Of a stretch of DNA of 64,000 nucleotides, positions 1 through 9,289 are shown one piece after another. The translations under genes were made by a program, and so were the position numbers. Origin of the DNA: an uncultured archaeon (GTDB taxonomy: Archaea; Aenigmatarchaeota; Aenigmatarchaeia; Aenigmatarchaeales; Aenigmatarchaeaceae); the NCBI GenBank assembly GCA_964608725.1, contig CAZSPB010000002.1, positions 31,234-95,233 on the forward strand, in the 5' to 3' direction. The notes beneath the pieces are model-generated. The model worked only from the letters and a program-made list of their open reading frames with translations, did not search any database and was not told the DNA's origin. Positions within the stretch are counted from its first letter, which is position 1; each line of letters begins with the position of its first letter.

Positions 1-150
1 ATAAAATATATCTCAGCACCAAAATATAGAATAAGCCTAACGACAAGGGACGCTAAAACTGGAGAAAAAAAGTTAAAGGAAATTATGGAAGAAATTGTTG
101 AAAAAATAAAAGAGGCAAATGGAGAGGGGTCTTTCAGGATGGTCAAATGA
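1..150 (+). CDS. eif2a: Translation initiation factor 2 subunit alpha, C-terminal end (partial, runs off window start)
   Basis: Manual translation IKYISAPKYRISLTTRDAKTGEKKLKEI...FRMVK*. The YxSAPxYxI motif and the position upstream of nop10-PAC2 match the conserved archaeal cluster. Confidence 0.85.
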   Translation: MKYISAPKYRISLTTRDAKTGEKKLKEIMEEIVEKIKEANGEGSFRMVK

Positions 151-317
151 TCCTAAGGAAATGTTTAAAATGTAGAAGATATACAATGAAAGAAAGATGC
201 CCTCTCTGTAAATCAAAAACGGTAACAGCACACCCACCAAAATTTTCACTAGAATGGGAAAAAAAGTTTGGTAAATACAGGCAAAGATTTAAATTAAAGG
301 AAATCAAAAGTGTTTAA
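147..317 (+). CDS. nop10: H/ACA RNP protein Nop10
   Basis: Not in the ORF track. 56 aa MILRKCLKCRRYTMKERCPLCKSKTVTAHPPKFSLE...FGKYR with CxxC-YT-CPxC and HPPKFS motifs. ATGA overlap with eif2a. Confidence 0.92.
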   Translation: MILRKCLKCRRYTMKERCPLCKSKTVTAHPPKFSLEWEKKFGKYRQRFKLKEIKSV

Positions 318-1092
318 CATGCTAGAAACTAAAATTGTTGTGAAAGAAAAACCGAAATTAAAGAATCCAATTTGTATCGTAGGTTTACCTGGAATAGGTA
401 ATATAGGGAGAATAGCTGTTGGTTACATGGTCCATGAGTTAAAAGCAAAAAAGTTTGCAGAGCTTTATTCCCCATACTTCTTTCCTTTCGTTATGGTTCA
501 TAACAACATGATACACACACTAAGAAATGAATTCTATTATTATAAAAGAAAAGAAGGAGATTTAATATTTTTAATAGGTGATTGTCAAACTTATGACCCA
601 AAAGGCCATTATGAAGTAGTGGGAAAAATATTAGAATTCTTAAAAAGTTTAGGTTGTAAATTCATAATAACAGTTGGAGGGTTTGGTACAGGTTCTATTT
701 CTGAAAAACCAAAAGTTTTTGGTGGTGTTACTGAGCAAAAAATGATAAAAAAGTATAGAAAATATGGCATAGACTTTAGCATTAGTGGGCAAATAGGAAG
801 AATAGTTGGTGCTGCAGGTTTGCTTGTAGGTTTATCAGAGTTGTATGGAATGAAAGGAATGGTTCTTTTAGGAGAAACGACAGGATTTCCAATTATGACT
901 GATCCTACTGCTGCTGAAACTGTACTCCGAGTCTTACAAAGAATATTGAAGTTGAAAATAGATTTGACTAAATTAGAAGAAAAAGTGAAAGCAATGCATG
1001 ATTTTATTAAAAAGCTTGAAGAAATTCAAAGACAAGCCCTTAAGCAAATAGGAAAAGAGGAAAAAACAACAGAGTTGAAGTATATAGGTTAA
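310..1092 (+). CDS. PAC2 family proteasome assembly chaperone-like protein (probable start ATG 319)
   Basis: IVGLPGIGNIG, NEFYY, GDCQ, TVGG and GAAGLLVG motifs; third gene of the eIF2a-nop10-PAC2 cluster. Confidence 0.88.
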   Translation: MFNMLETKIVVKEKPKLKNPICIVGLPGIGNIGRIAVGYMVHELKAKKFAELYSPYFFPFVMVHNNMIHTLRNEFYYYKRKEGDLIFLIGDCQTYDPKGHYEVVGKILEFLKSLGCKFIITVGGFGTGSISEKPKVFGGVTEQKMIKKYRKYGIDFSISGQIGRIVGAAGLLVGLSELYGMKGMVLLGETTGFPIMTDPTAAETVLRVLQRILKLKIDLTKLEEKVKAMHDFIKKLEEIQRQALKQIGKEEKTTELKYIG

Positions 1093-1104
1093 TCGTGATC
1101 TTTT

Positions 1105-1311
1105 ATGATTAAAGAAAAAAAGAAGTACACAAGATTTGAAAGAGCAAGAGTGATAGGTGCTAGAGCGCTACAAATAGCAAAGGGTGCAACTCCTATGGTA
1201 AAAGTGAAAGCTAGTGATCCTATAAGAATTGCTGAAATAGAATTTGAAAAAGGTGTGATTCCTTTAAGTGTGAAAAGGAAATTGCCAAAAAAGAGACCTA
1301 ACGGGTACTAG
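1105..1311 (+). CDS. rpoK: DNA-directed RNA polymerase subunit K (Rpo6)
   Basis: [21 protein letters not shown] signature. Confidence 0.96.
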   Translation: MIKEKKKYTRFERARVIGARALQIAKGATPMVKVKASDPIRIAEIEFEKGVIPLSVKRKLPKKRPNGY

Positions 1312-2465
1312 TGATGATAAAGAATCTTTACATCTCTCAAGTTTACAATTCTTTTGGGGAAAAAACGTTGAAAGTTTCTATAAAAACAGAAAAAGGAATA
1401 TATAGTGCTCGTTCTCCATGTGGAACTTCTAGAAGTAAATATGAAGCTAAAACTTTGAAGTTAGAAAAGATAATAAAAAATTTCCCCCAAATAAAAAAGA
1501 AATTTATTGGAAAAAGAGAAGAAGATGTAGATAAAATTATTCACAATTTAGGAATTAATAAAATTGGCGCGAACTTGTCAATAGCTCTCTCAATTGCAAG
1601 TTGGAGAGCAAGATCTGAAAATAAAGTATATGAAATTCTTGAACCTAAAGCTAGAAAGTTTCCATTTCCTGTGGGAAATGTTATGGGAGAATGGCTTAAA
1701 GGTTCTATACAAGAGTTTTTAGTTATACCTACAAAAGCGAAAAATATTAAGGAAGCTATTGAAACGAATTTCTTGATTTGGAAAGATGTAGGAGGGATTT
1801 TAAAATATTTTAAGATATGTAAAGGAAAGAACTATGAAGGTGCATGGATAACTAATTTGGATGATATTAAAAAGCTTGAATTACTCAGTGACGTTGCAAA
1901 AACTTATGGAGCATCTATAGGTTTAGATATGGCTTCAACTCACTTTTATAAAAAGGGTAAATATGTTTATTCAAAACTAAAAAAGAAGCTAAAGCCTGAT
2001 GAACAATTGGAATTTGTTATAGAGCTTATAAAAAATTATAAAATAATTTATGTTGAAGATCCTTTTCAAGAAAATGATTTTAAAAGGTTTTCGGAGTTAA
2101 GAAAAAAAGTAAGATGCTTCATTGTAGGTGATGATTTATTTGCCACACAACCTCAAAGGCTAAAAAAAGGTGTTAAAAAGAAATCTGGAAATTCTATTCT
2201 AATAAAACCTGATCAAGCTGGGACAGTTTCAAAAACTTTAGAAACTATAAAAATTGCTAAAGAATATAATTTTGCAACTATCATTTCTCATAGATCAAAA
2301 GACACTATCGATACTTTTATTTCGGATTTAGCTGTTGGAACAAAGTCACCTATGATAAAGTGTGGGATTTGGGGGAAAGAAAGAAAAGCTAAATTAAAAA
2401 GATTAGTCGAAATTTGGGATAAGGTCAAAAAACCGAGTATGCAAAATTTGAAAGTTTTTATATAA
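1311..2465 (+). CDS. eno: Enolase, strongly diverged
   Basis: QEF, GLD, EDP, VGDD, LIKPDQ and SHRS motifs; follows rpoK as in many archaea. Several loops are degenerate. Confidence 0.8.
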   Translation: MMIKNLYISQVYNSFGEKTLKVSIKTEKGIYSARSPCGTSRSKYEAKTLKLEKIIKNFPQIKKKFIGKREEDVDKIIHNLGINKIGANLSIALSIASWRARSENKVYEILEPKARKFPFPVGNVMGEWLKGSIQEFLVIPTKAKNIKEAIETNFLIWKDVGGILKYFKICKGKNYEGAWITNLDDIKKLELLSDVAKTYGASIGLDMASTHFYKKGKYVYSKLKKKLKPDEQLEFVIELIKNYKIIYVEDPFQENDFKRFSELRKKVRCFIVGDDLFATQPQRLKKGVKKKSGNSILIKPDQAGTVSKTLETIKIAKEYNFATIISHRSKDTIDTFISDLAVGTKSPMIKCGIWGKERKAKLKRLVEIWDKVKKPSMQNLKVFI

Positions 2466-2484
2466 GCTCAAAAATTATAAAAAT

Positions 2485-2751
2485 ATGGTAAAGAAATCAA
2501 AAACTGAAATATATGAAGAGCAACAAGTCCTCCTTTCTAAAGAAAGGACAATTCTTTCTTTCATGAGAACTGGATTAGCTTTCGTGGCCACTGGGACTGC
2601 TATCATAGGTATTTTCAAAGGAACGCCAACTCATATAATAGGATACATTCTCATAGGTATTGGTTTTATTGAAGTTTTCGAATCAATAAGGAGACTATTA
2701 GTGAAGCAAAGAGAAATGGATAAATTGAAGAAAAAATTGAGAACTATTTGA
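2485..2751 (+). CDS. DUF202 (YidH-like) small membrane protein
   Basis: LSKERTILSFMRTGLAF motif followed by two hydrophobic helices. Confidence 0.8.
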   Translation: MVKKSKTEIYEEQQVLLSKERTILSFMRTGLAFVATGTAIIGIFKGTPTHIIGYILIGIGFIEVFESIRRLLVKQREMDKLKKKLRTI

Positions 2752-4177
2752 CTTTTTTCCACTTTGGGCCTTCTGGAGTGTCTTCAATTATTATACCTTT
2801 TCTTCTGAGTTCTTCTCTTATCTTATCAGCCATTTCAAATTCTCCTCTCTTTCTGTAACCTTCTCTTTTAATTATTAGGTCCATTATTTCTTTTGGCAAC
2901 TTTTCTTCTTTTTTTATCTCTTTTTGGAGAATACCAAAAATATATCCTAATTCTCTGAAAGTATTAATTACTTCCTTTCCAAGTTCTTCACTTATCCCTT
3001 TATTCATATCTAAAAACTTATTAACCTCATTAACTAAAGCAAAAAGGGATGATAAAGCTTGAGGAGTGTTAAAATCATCTTCCATAGCACTTATGAACTC
3101 TTTTTTAATTTTTCCTAAAAAAATTCTCAATTCATCTTCACCTTTAACTTTTTCTTTTTTCATAAAATTTGAAACTCTGTTTAACAAATTGTAAAGTGTT
3201 TCCAAGTTTGTTTTTGCTCTCTCTAATCTTTCTTCCGTAAAATCTAAAGGGCTTCTGAAATGTGCTGTCACAAATAAAAGTCTTAAAACTTCGGCATCAT
3301 ACTTCTTAAGAACATCTCTTACTTCAATGTAATTTCTTAAAGATTTTGACATTTTTTCTCCATTTATAGTTAGGAAGCCAGTATGATACCAATATTTGAC
3401 AAAAGGCTTCTTACCAGTTGCTGCTTCACTCTGTGCGATTTCGTTTTCATGGTGTGGGAATATTAAATCTCTTGCGCCCCCATGAAGGTCAAACTGTTCT
3501 CCTAAATATTTTTGGGACATAACGGAACATTCAATGTGCCAACCAGGCCTTCCTTTAAGGATTACTTTTCCTTCTTTTGTTTCAAAAGTTGCATTCCAAA
3601 ATGGCTCTCCTTCTTTCCAAGCTTTCCATAAAGCAAAATCAAAGGGTTCTTCTTTATATTTATCAGTCTCTATCCTTACCCCAACTTTCATTTTTTCTAA
3701 TTTTATATGAGATAATTTTCCATAATCTTTAAATTTAGAAATATCAAAGTAAACAGAACCGCCAGCAATATAAGCGTAACCTTTTTTTAATAAAATGTTT
3801 ATGGTATTAATAATATCGGGTATATGCTCAGTGACTTTTGGATAAAAGTCAGCCTTCTTTATTTTTAATTTTTCCATATCCTCGAAGAAAATTTTAGTAA
3901 ATTTTTTAGAAAGTTCAAAAACAGATGTGTTAAGTCTTTTTGCTTCTTCTATAATATCATCGTGTACATCTGTAATGTTCATCACAAATTTTACATCATA
4001 ACCTAAATATTCTAGAAATCTTCTAATAATGTCAAAAGCAATGTAAGTTCTTGCATGACCTAAATGGGGTGGGCCATAAACAGTAGGGCCACAAACATAC
4101 ATTTTGACTTTTTTCTCTTTCATAGGAATGAATTCTTCTTTTTTCCTTGTTAATGTGTTGTAAATTTTTAATACCAT
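2744..4177 (-). CDS. cysS: Cysteine--tRNA ligase
   Basis: YVCGPTVY, HLGH (HIGH), GRPGWHIECS, HHENEIAQ and KMSKS motifs. Confidence 0.98.
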   Translation of the reverse strand: MVLKIYNTLTRKKEEFIPMKEKKVKMYVCGPTVYGPPHLGHARTYIAFDIIRRFLEYLGYDVKFVMNITDVHDDIIEEAKRLNTSVFELSKKFTKIFFEDMEKLKIKKADFYPKVTEHIPDIINTINILLKKGYAYIAGGSVYFDISKFKDYGKLSHIKLEKMKVGVRIETDKYKEEPFDFALWKAWKEGEPFWNATFETKEGKVILKGRPGWHIECSVMSQKYLGEQFDLHGGARDLIFPHHENEIAQSEAATGKKPFVKYWYHTGFLTINGEKMSKSLRNYIEVRDVLKKYDAEVLRLLFVTAHFRSPLDFTEERLERAKTNLETLYNLLNRVSNFMKKEKVKGEDELRIFLGKIKKEFISAMEDDFNTPQALSSLFALVNEVNKFLDMNKGISEELGKEVINTFRELGYIFGILQKEIKKEEKLPKEIMDLIIKREGYRKRGEFEMADKIREELRRKGIIIEDTPEGPKWKKVK

Positions 4178-4189
4178 AAAATCACCATA

Positions 4190-4276
4190 AGCGGGGGGAG
4201 GGAGTCGAACCCTCCTCTGTCGCTCTGCAGGTTCGGCTTCTTAGAATCGACCGCATAACCGATCTGCCACCCCCGC
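4190..4276 (-). tRNA. tRNA-Cys(GCA) with a 16-nt non-canonical intron at position 30/31 (4232-4247)
   Basis: Acceptor GCGGGGG/CCCCCGC with U73, T arm GAGGG-TTCGACT-CCCTC, loop CTGCAGA. Stem GTCGC/GCGAC forms only after removing ATTCTAAGAAGCCGAA. No encoded CCA. Confidence 0.93.
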
Positions 4277-4279
4277 ATG

Positions 4280-5056
4280 TTACACACTTTTATAATGTTT
4301 GTGAATTCTTATATTTTTTAAATACTTTATAGCATTCAAATAATTCTCTAAAGTAGGAGGAGTTATTTCTAAAGTTACAAATTCATTTCTTACGAATTTT
4401 AAGAAAAAAGGTATATCTAAATTTCCTTTCCCTAAAGGTAAATGAGAATCAACTTCTTGCTTTGCAATTCCATCATATAAATGAAACATTGTTGGTTTTA
4501 ATTTATACATATCTCTAATGAATTTTTTATAATTTATCTTGTATGAAACAGAGGCATGATAAGCATGAGGAAAATCTAAACAAAAACCACAACCAGTTTC
4601 TTCTAATATTCTTTTTATTTCTTTTGAGTTAGAACCTAATTCTACATGGGCTATAGATTTTAAAGGAACATTTTCAACTAATAATTTTACTTTATATTTT
4701 TCTGAAAATTTATTCAATTTTTCTATAACTTTAATTGCATTTTCAATATAGAGATCTTTATCTTTTGTCTGTTCTTTATTTAAAAAACCAATATGAACAA
4801 TTGCATACTTAGCTTTTATTTTTCCAGCGAACTTAATGCTACTTTTCACATGACTAATTCCTTTTTTTAATGCCAAATTAATTTTATCTTCATGATGAGG
4901 ACAATGAACAACCCAATGGTTAAAGAGCTTATTAATTGTAGAACTAAACAAATGATGTTGAGTATAGTAAACTTCTATAAACTCATAAATTTTTACTAAT
5001 TTCTTAATAATTTCTAAATCATCTCTACCTAAATGAATTTTGATTCCAAGTTTCAT
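4280..5056 (-). CDS. Xylose isomerase-like / AP endonuclease 2 family TIM-barrel protein
   Basis: Metal-ligand pattern VHIG, VENVP, LDFPHAYH, HLYDG, DSHLPLG, TLEI. Confidence 0.75.
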   Translation of the reverse strand: MKLGIKIHLGRDDLEIIKKLVKIYEFIEVYYTQHHLFSSTINKLFNHWVVHCPHHEDKINLALKKGISHVKSSIKFAGKIKAKYAIVHIGFLNKEQTKDKDLYIENAIKVIEKLNKFSEKYKVKLLVENVPLKSIAHVELGSNSKEIKRILEETGCGFCLDFPHAYHASVSYKINYKKFIRDMYKLKPTMFHLYDGIAKQEVDSHLPLGKGNLDIPFFLKFVRNEFVTLEITPPTLENYLNAIKYLKNIRIHKHYKSV

Positions 5057-5147
5057 AATTGCTCACAAACTTTATTATCTTTTGCTTTATTTATTTTGCA
5101 AACATTTATCCAAATAAGCTTATATTTTAAAATATTATTTGTAACAA

Positions 5148-5402
5148 TCATTTTTTCACCAAGAAGAAAAGTTTCTTTCTTAAATCACTAAAGTTTGGTA
5201 TTTCTTTTATTAATCCTTTTTTCTTTAGGATCGAAATGTTATATCTCAAAGTTCTTTCGGGTAATTTTGTTATTTTTATCAATTCATCCTTAGATTTTGG
5301 ACTAGAAGAAAGAGCCTTTTTAATCATTGATAAAGCAAACTCGTTCACCGGCCATACCAACCCGATAAGAATTAATAGGAAGAAATATAAAAAGTTTTTC
5401 AT
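5148..5402 (-). CDS. Small winged-helix DNA-binding protein (start uncertain)
   Basis: KSKDELIKITKLPERTLRYNISILKKKGLIKE is a typical wHTH pattern. Confidence 0.65.
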   Translation of the reverse strand: MKNFLYFFLLILIGLVWPVNEFALSMIKKALSSSPKSKDELIKITKLPERTLRYNISILKKKGLIKEIPNFSDLRKKLFFLVKK

Positions 5403-5447
5403 ACTGGCAAAAAATAATATTAAATAAGATTTAAGTGAGGTGATAAT

Positions 5448-5648
5448 ATCACTGTTGCCAAAATAATTGAAATAGTTGGAAGTTCCGAGAAAAGTTGGGA
5501 TGATGCAATAAAAGGAGCATTAGAAAGAGCATCAAAAACTATAAGGAATATAAGAGGGGTTGATGTTATAGGAATGAAAGGGGTTGTTAGAGAAGGGAAA
5601 ATAGTGGAATATAGAGTTGTTCTAAAGTTATCGTTTGGCGTTGAATAA
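5448..5648 (+). CDS. Dodecin family flavin-binding protein, with ATC at the start position
   Basis: Missed by the ORF track. Translation (I)TVAKIIEIVGSSEKSWDDAIKGALERASKTIRNIRGVDVIGMKGVVREGKIVEYRVVLKLSFGVE*. SD GAGGTGA at 5437-5443. Confidence 0.85.
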   Translation: MTVAKIIEIVGSSEKSWDDAIKGALERASKTIRNIRGVDVIGMKGVVREGKIVEYRVVLKLSFGVE

Positions 5649-5652
5649 TTTT

Positions 5653-5910
5653 TCACAGTTTTTGCAAAGCTTCAAATTTACTTTTTTCGTCTAATCCTTC
5701 AAATCTTTTTTCTAGTTCTTCACTTAATTTAAAATCTGGACATCCTGGTATGTAAAGATACATTTTGCCATTCTCCTTTAGTTTGATATCCTTGATTGAG
5801 TAGATGCAAGGAAATATTCTCCCTTCATGTAAGTGAGCAGAACAATCAGTTCCTTCTGGATTTTCTTGTGTTGCAATATGCCAATAACAAAATTGTTTGA
5901 TCTCTTTCAT
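5653..5910 (-). CDS. Hypothetical protein with Cys/His cluster
   Basis: 85 aa ORF with native composition; CYWH..C.AH.H..C..C. No family recognised. Confidence 0.5.
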   Translation of the reverse strand: MKEIKQFCYWHIATQENPEGTDCSAHLHEGRIFPCIYSIKDIKLKENGKMYLYIPGCPDFKLSEELEKRFEGLDEKSKFEALQKL

Positions 5911-6015
5911 TTTTTAATTTAAGTCTGAGAAATTTAACTTGTTTTCTTTGATTTATCATTTATCTTGGGACATATATAAGAAATTTTAAAATAGGGATGA
6001 TACTATAATAGCATT

Positions 6016-8082
6016 ATGGTAATTTCTGAGATAAAGAAAAGGGATGGAAGAATAGTAAAATTTGATCAGAAAAGAATAACTGATGCTATTCATAAGGCCT
6101 TCGTTGCTGTAGGAGAAAAGGACGGAAAAACAGCGAAGAAATTATCTGACTATGTTGTGAAAATTTTGAATAAAAGATTTAAGGAAAGGATACCTACAGT
6201 CGAAAATATTCAAGACATTGTTATAGAAGTCTTAAATAAAAAAGGGTTCAAAAAAGTTGCAAGAGAATACTCTCTTTATAGAAAGAGAAAAGCTGAGATA
6301 AGAGAGCTAAAAAAGCTCTTTAGTATTGAGAAAGAACCGAAACTCACTGTCAACGCTTTGGAAGTTTTAAAGAAAAGATATTTGTTAAAAGATGAAAATG
6401 GGAATATAATAGAAACTCCTGAAGGGATGTTCAGAAGAGTTGCTAGAGCTATTGCAGAAGTTGATAAGATATATGGGGATGACTACAGGAAAAGTGAAAA
6501 GGAATTTTTCGAAGTTATGACAAAATTGGAATTTCTTCCAAATTCACCAACTCTCTTTAATGCTGGAACACCATTGGGCCAACTTTCAGCTTGTTTTGTT
6601 ATTCCAGTGAAAGATTCTTTAGAAAGTATATTTAATGCAGTTAAAATTATGGCTCTTATAGAACAAAGCGGAGGAGGAGTAGGTTTTGATTTTTCAGAAT
6701 TAAGACCAAAAGGTGATATAGTAAAATCAACAAAAGGAGAAGCATCAGGCCCAGTTTCTTTCATGAGAGTTTTTGATGTTGCTACAGATGTTATAAAACA
6801 AGGAGGTAAAAGAAGAGGAGCTATGATGGGTATTCTTAGAGTTGATCATCCTGATATTTTAGATTTTATAGTTGCAAAATCAAAAGAAGGTATCCTTTCT
6901 AATTTTAATATTTCAGTTGCTATAACGGATGAATTTATGGATGCTTTAGAAAAAGATAGGAAGTATGAATTAATAAATCCAAGAACAAAAAAACCTGTTA
7001 AAAAATTGAAAGCAAAGAAAGTTTGGGATTTAATAATTGAAAATGCATGGAGAACAGGAGATCCAGGAGTTATTTTCATAGATGAAATTAACAGACATAA
7101 CCCAACCCCAGAAATAGGAAAGATAACAGCAACTAATCCATGCGGAGAACAACCTTTACTTCCTTATGAAAGCTGTAATTTGGGAAGTATAAATTTATCA
7201 AGAATGGTTGAAAATGGGGAAATAAATTGGAAAAAATTAAAAGAAGTTGTTAGAGTTGCAGTCCATTTCTTAGATAATGTTATAGATGCAAATAAGTATC
7301 CGTTACCAGAAATAGAAAAGATGACAAAAGCAAATAGAAAAATTGGTCTTGGAGTTATGGGGTTTGCTGAGTTATTAATAAAATTAAAAATTCCATATAA
7401 CTCTGAAAAGGCCTTGAAACTTGCTGAAAAAGTGATGAAGTTCATCTCTGAAGAAGCTAGAAAAATGTCAGTTGAGCTAGGTTTAAGAAGAGGCTCTTTC
7501 CCAAATTTCGAAAAAAGTATTTGGAAGAAAAGATATAAAGCTATGAGAAATGCTACTGTAACAACAATAGCACCAACAGGTTCCATAAGTATAATTGCTG
7601 GTTGCTCTTCTGGAATAGAACCCTTGTTTGCTATCTCTTTTATGAGAAATGTTTTAGAAGGTACAAGACTTTTTGAAGTGAACCCGATTTTTGAGAGAGT
7701 TGCAAAAGAAAGGGGTTTTTATAGTGTTAAGCTGCTTGAAAAAATCACTAAAACTGGTTCAATCCAAAAATTGAAAGAAGTTCCAAAAGATGTGAAAAAA
7801 ATATTTGTGACAGCTTTTGATATAAAACCAGAATGGCATGTAAAGATGCAAGCAGCATTTCAAAAGTATGTTGATAATGCAGTAAGTAAAACTATTAATT
7901 TACCATTTCAAGCAACTAAAAGGGATGTGGAAAAAGCATTCAAACTTGCGTATAAATTAAAGTGTAAAGGTATAACTGTTTATAGATATGGTAGTAAATC
8001 AAAACAAGTTCTATACATAGGTAAACACTTAACAGCTAATTTTGATTACTCTGGAGGTTGTCCAAAAGTTTGTCATTTGTGA
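6016..8082 (+). CDS. nrdJ: Class II (adenosylcobalamin-dependent) ribonucleotide reductase with N-terminal ATP cone
   Basis: ATP cone ([12 protein letters not shown]), [37 protein letters not shown] and KGITVYR. No intein seen. Confidence 0.95.
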   Translation: MVISEIKKRDGRIVKFDQKRITDAIHKAFVAVGEKDGKTAKKLSDYVVKILNKRFKERIPTVENIQDIVIEVLNKKGFKKVAREYSLYRKRKAEIRELKKLFSIEKEPKLTVNALEVLKKRYLLKDENGNIIETPEGMFRRVARAIAEVDKIYGDDYRKSEKEFFEVMTKLEFLPNSPTLFNAGTPLGQLSACFVIPVKDSLESIFNAVKIMALIEQSGGGVGFDFSELRPKGDIVKSTKGEASGPVSFMRVFDVATDVIKQGGKRRGAMMGILRVDHPDILDFIVAKSKEGILSNFNISVAITDEFMDALEKDRKYELINPRTKKPVKKLKAKKVWDLIIENAWRTGDPGVIFIDEINRHNPTPEIGKITATNPCGEQPLLPYESCNLGSINLSRMVENGEINWKKLKEVVRVAVHFLDNVIDANKYPLPEIEKMTKANRKIGLGVMGFAELLIKLKIPYNSEKALKLAEKVMKFISEEARKMSVELGLRRGSFPNFEKSIWKKRYKAMRNATVTTIAPTGSISIIAGCSSGIEPLFAISFMRNVLEGTRLFEVNPIFERVAKERGFYSVKLLEKITKTGSIQKLKEVPKDVKKIFVTAFDIKPEWHVKMQAAFQKYVDNAVSKTINLPFQATKRDVEKAFKLAYKLKCKGITVYRYGSKSKQVLYIGKHLTANFDYSGGCPKVCHL

Positions 8083-8086
8083 TATT

Positions 8087-8392
8087 ATGAATCTAAATGA
8101 ATTTCAAGAAGAATCAACTAAGTTGATAAAAGAAATTGATAAAAAATATGGAAGAAATCATGATATAAAAGTAACTTTAATACACTTAGTAGAAGAGTTT
8201 GGAGAAATTGCAAGAGAAATTTATAATCAAGAAGTTGGGAGAGGAAAAATGGATAAAGATAACTTGAAAGGAGAAATTTCAGATGTTTTAATGTTATTAG
8301 CTCACTTAGCAAATTGTTTTGATATAAAAATAGAAGAGGCAATAAAAAGAAAATTTTCTGAGTTGAAAGAAAGATTTGGTTTGAAAAAATGA
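8087..8392 (+). CDS. MazG-like nucleotide pyrophosphohydrolase
   Basis: LVEEFGEIA and GEISDVL motifs. Start moved to ATG 8087. Confidence 0.85.
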   Translation: MNLNEFQEESTKLIKEIDKKYGRNHDIKVTLIHLVEEFGEIAREIYNQEVGRGKMDKDNLKGEISDVLMLLAHLANCFDIKIEEAIKRKFSELKERFGLKK

Positions 8393-8697
8393 GTTTTATC
8401 TTCATTTATGTAACTACTAGAAATAAAAGAGAAGCAAAAAAGATAGCTACTCATTTATTAACAAAAAAGTTAGTAGCATGTGCTAACATCTTTCCTATTG
8501 AATCAAATTATTGGTGGAAGGGAAAAATCGAAAATTCGAAAGAATATGCTTTAATATTAAAAACTAGAAAGAAAAATTTCAAAAAAGTTAAAGATACGAT
8601 AAAAAAGATACATTTTTATTCGATTCCATGTATAGCAAAAATTGAAGCAGAATTTAATGAAAGTTTTCAAAAATGGATAAAAGAAAACACTATCTAA
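8389..8697 (+). CDS. cutA: Divalent cation tolerance protein CutA
   Basis: KKLVACAN, SNYWWKGKIE and HFYSIPCI motifs. Confidence 0.93.
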   Translation: MSFIFIYVTTRNKREAKKIATHLLTKKLVACANIFPIESNYWWKGKIENSKEYALILKTRKKNFKKVKDTIKKIHFYSIPCIAKIEAEFNESFQKWIKENTI

Positions 8698-9289
8698 CTT
8701 TCATTCCAAGTTTAAAAATTTCTTCGTTCATTTCAACATATCTTTTAGGAATTACCTTTCTTATTGCTTCCAAGACAAATTCTTTCTTTATAGGTATTAA
8801 TTTTTTTGAAATTGCATAACCTAACATATAAATATTTGTTGCAATTACATCACCCGTTTTTTCTTTAACTTTTTCAGAAGCATTCAAAATTATAACTTTT
8901 TTGGAGAATTGTTTTAAAAGTTTGGTAATTCTATTTATAGAAGGATATTTTTCTCCTAAAACTGAAACGGAAATTGGCATTATTTTATGGGTATCTATAA
9001 GAAATATTGTTCCATACTTTTTTGAGCCGTAATAACAACATCTTAAAGCTTCTAAAGGTTCTAAGCCTATGATTAAGTTGGCTTCACCCTCTAAAACTAA
9101 AGGAGAGTAGATTTTTTTGCCGAATCTTATGTGACAAGGAATTGAGCCTCCTCTTTGAGCTAATCCATGCAACTCAGAAGTTTTAACATCATAACCTTGC
9201 TTTAGGGCAGCTTCAGCTATAACATTAGAGAGAGTTAAAATTCCTTGACCACCTACTCCAGTAGCAACAATATTAAATTCTTTTATCAT
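8690..9289 (-). CDS. iorB: Indolepyruvate:ferredoxin oxidoreductase beta subunit
   Basis: GVGGQGIL, SELHGLAQRGGS and LEPLEALR motifs; downstream of iorA. Confidence 0.95.
   Translation of the reverse strand: MIKEFNIVATGVGGQGILTLSNVIAEAALKQGYDVKTSELHGLAQRGGSIPCHIRFGKKIYSPLVLEGEANLIIGLEPLEALRCCYYGSKKYGTIFLIDTHKIMPISVSVLGEKYPSINRITKLLKQFSKKVIILNASEKVKEKTGDVIATNIYMLGYAISKKLIPIKKEFVLEAIRKVIPKRYVEMNEEIFKLGMKVR

Noticed and set aside
6016-8082. Intein in NrdJ (also considered for TFB and ligase)
   Set aside because: Lengths are normal, and there are no intein splice-junction or LAGLIDADG motifs.
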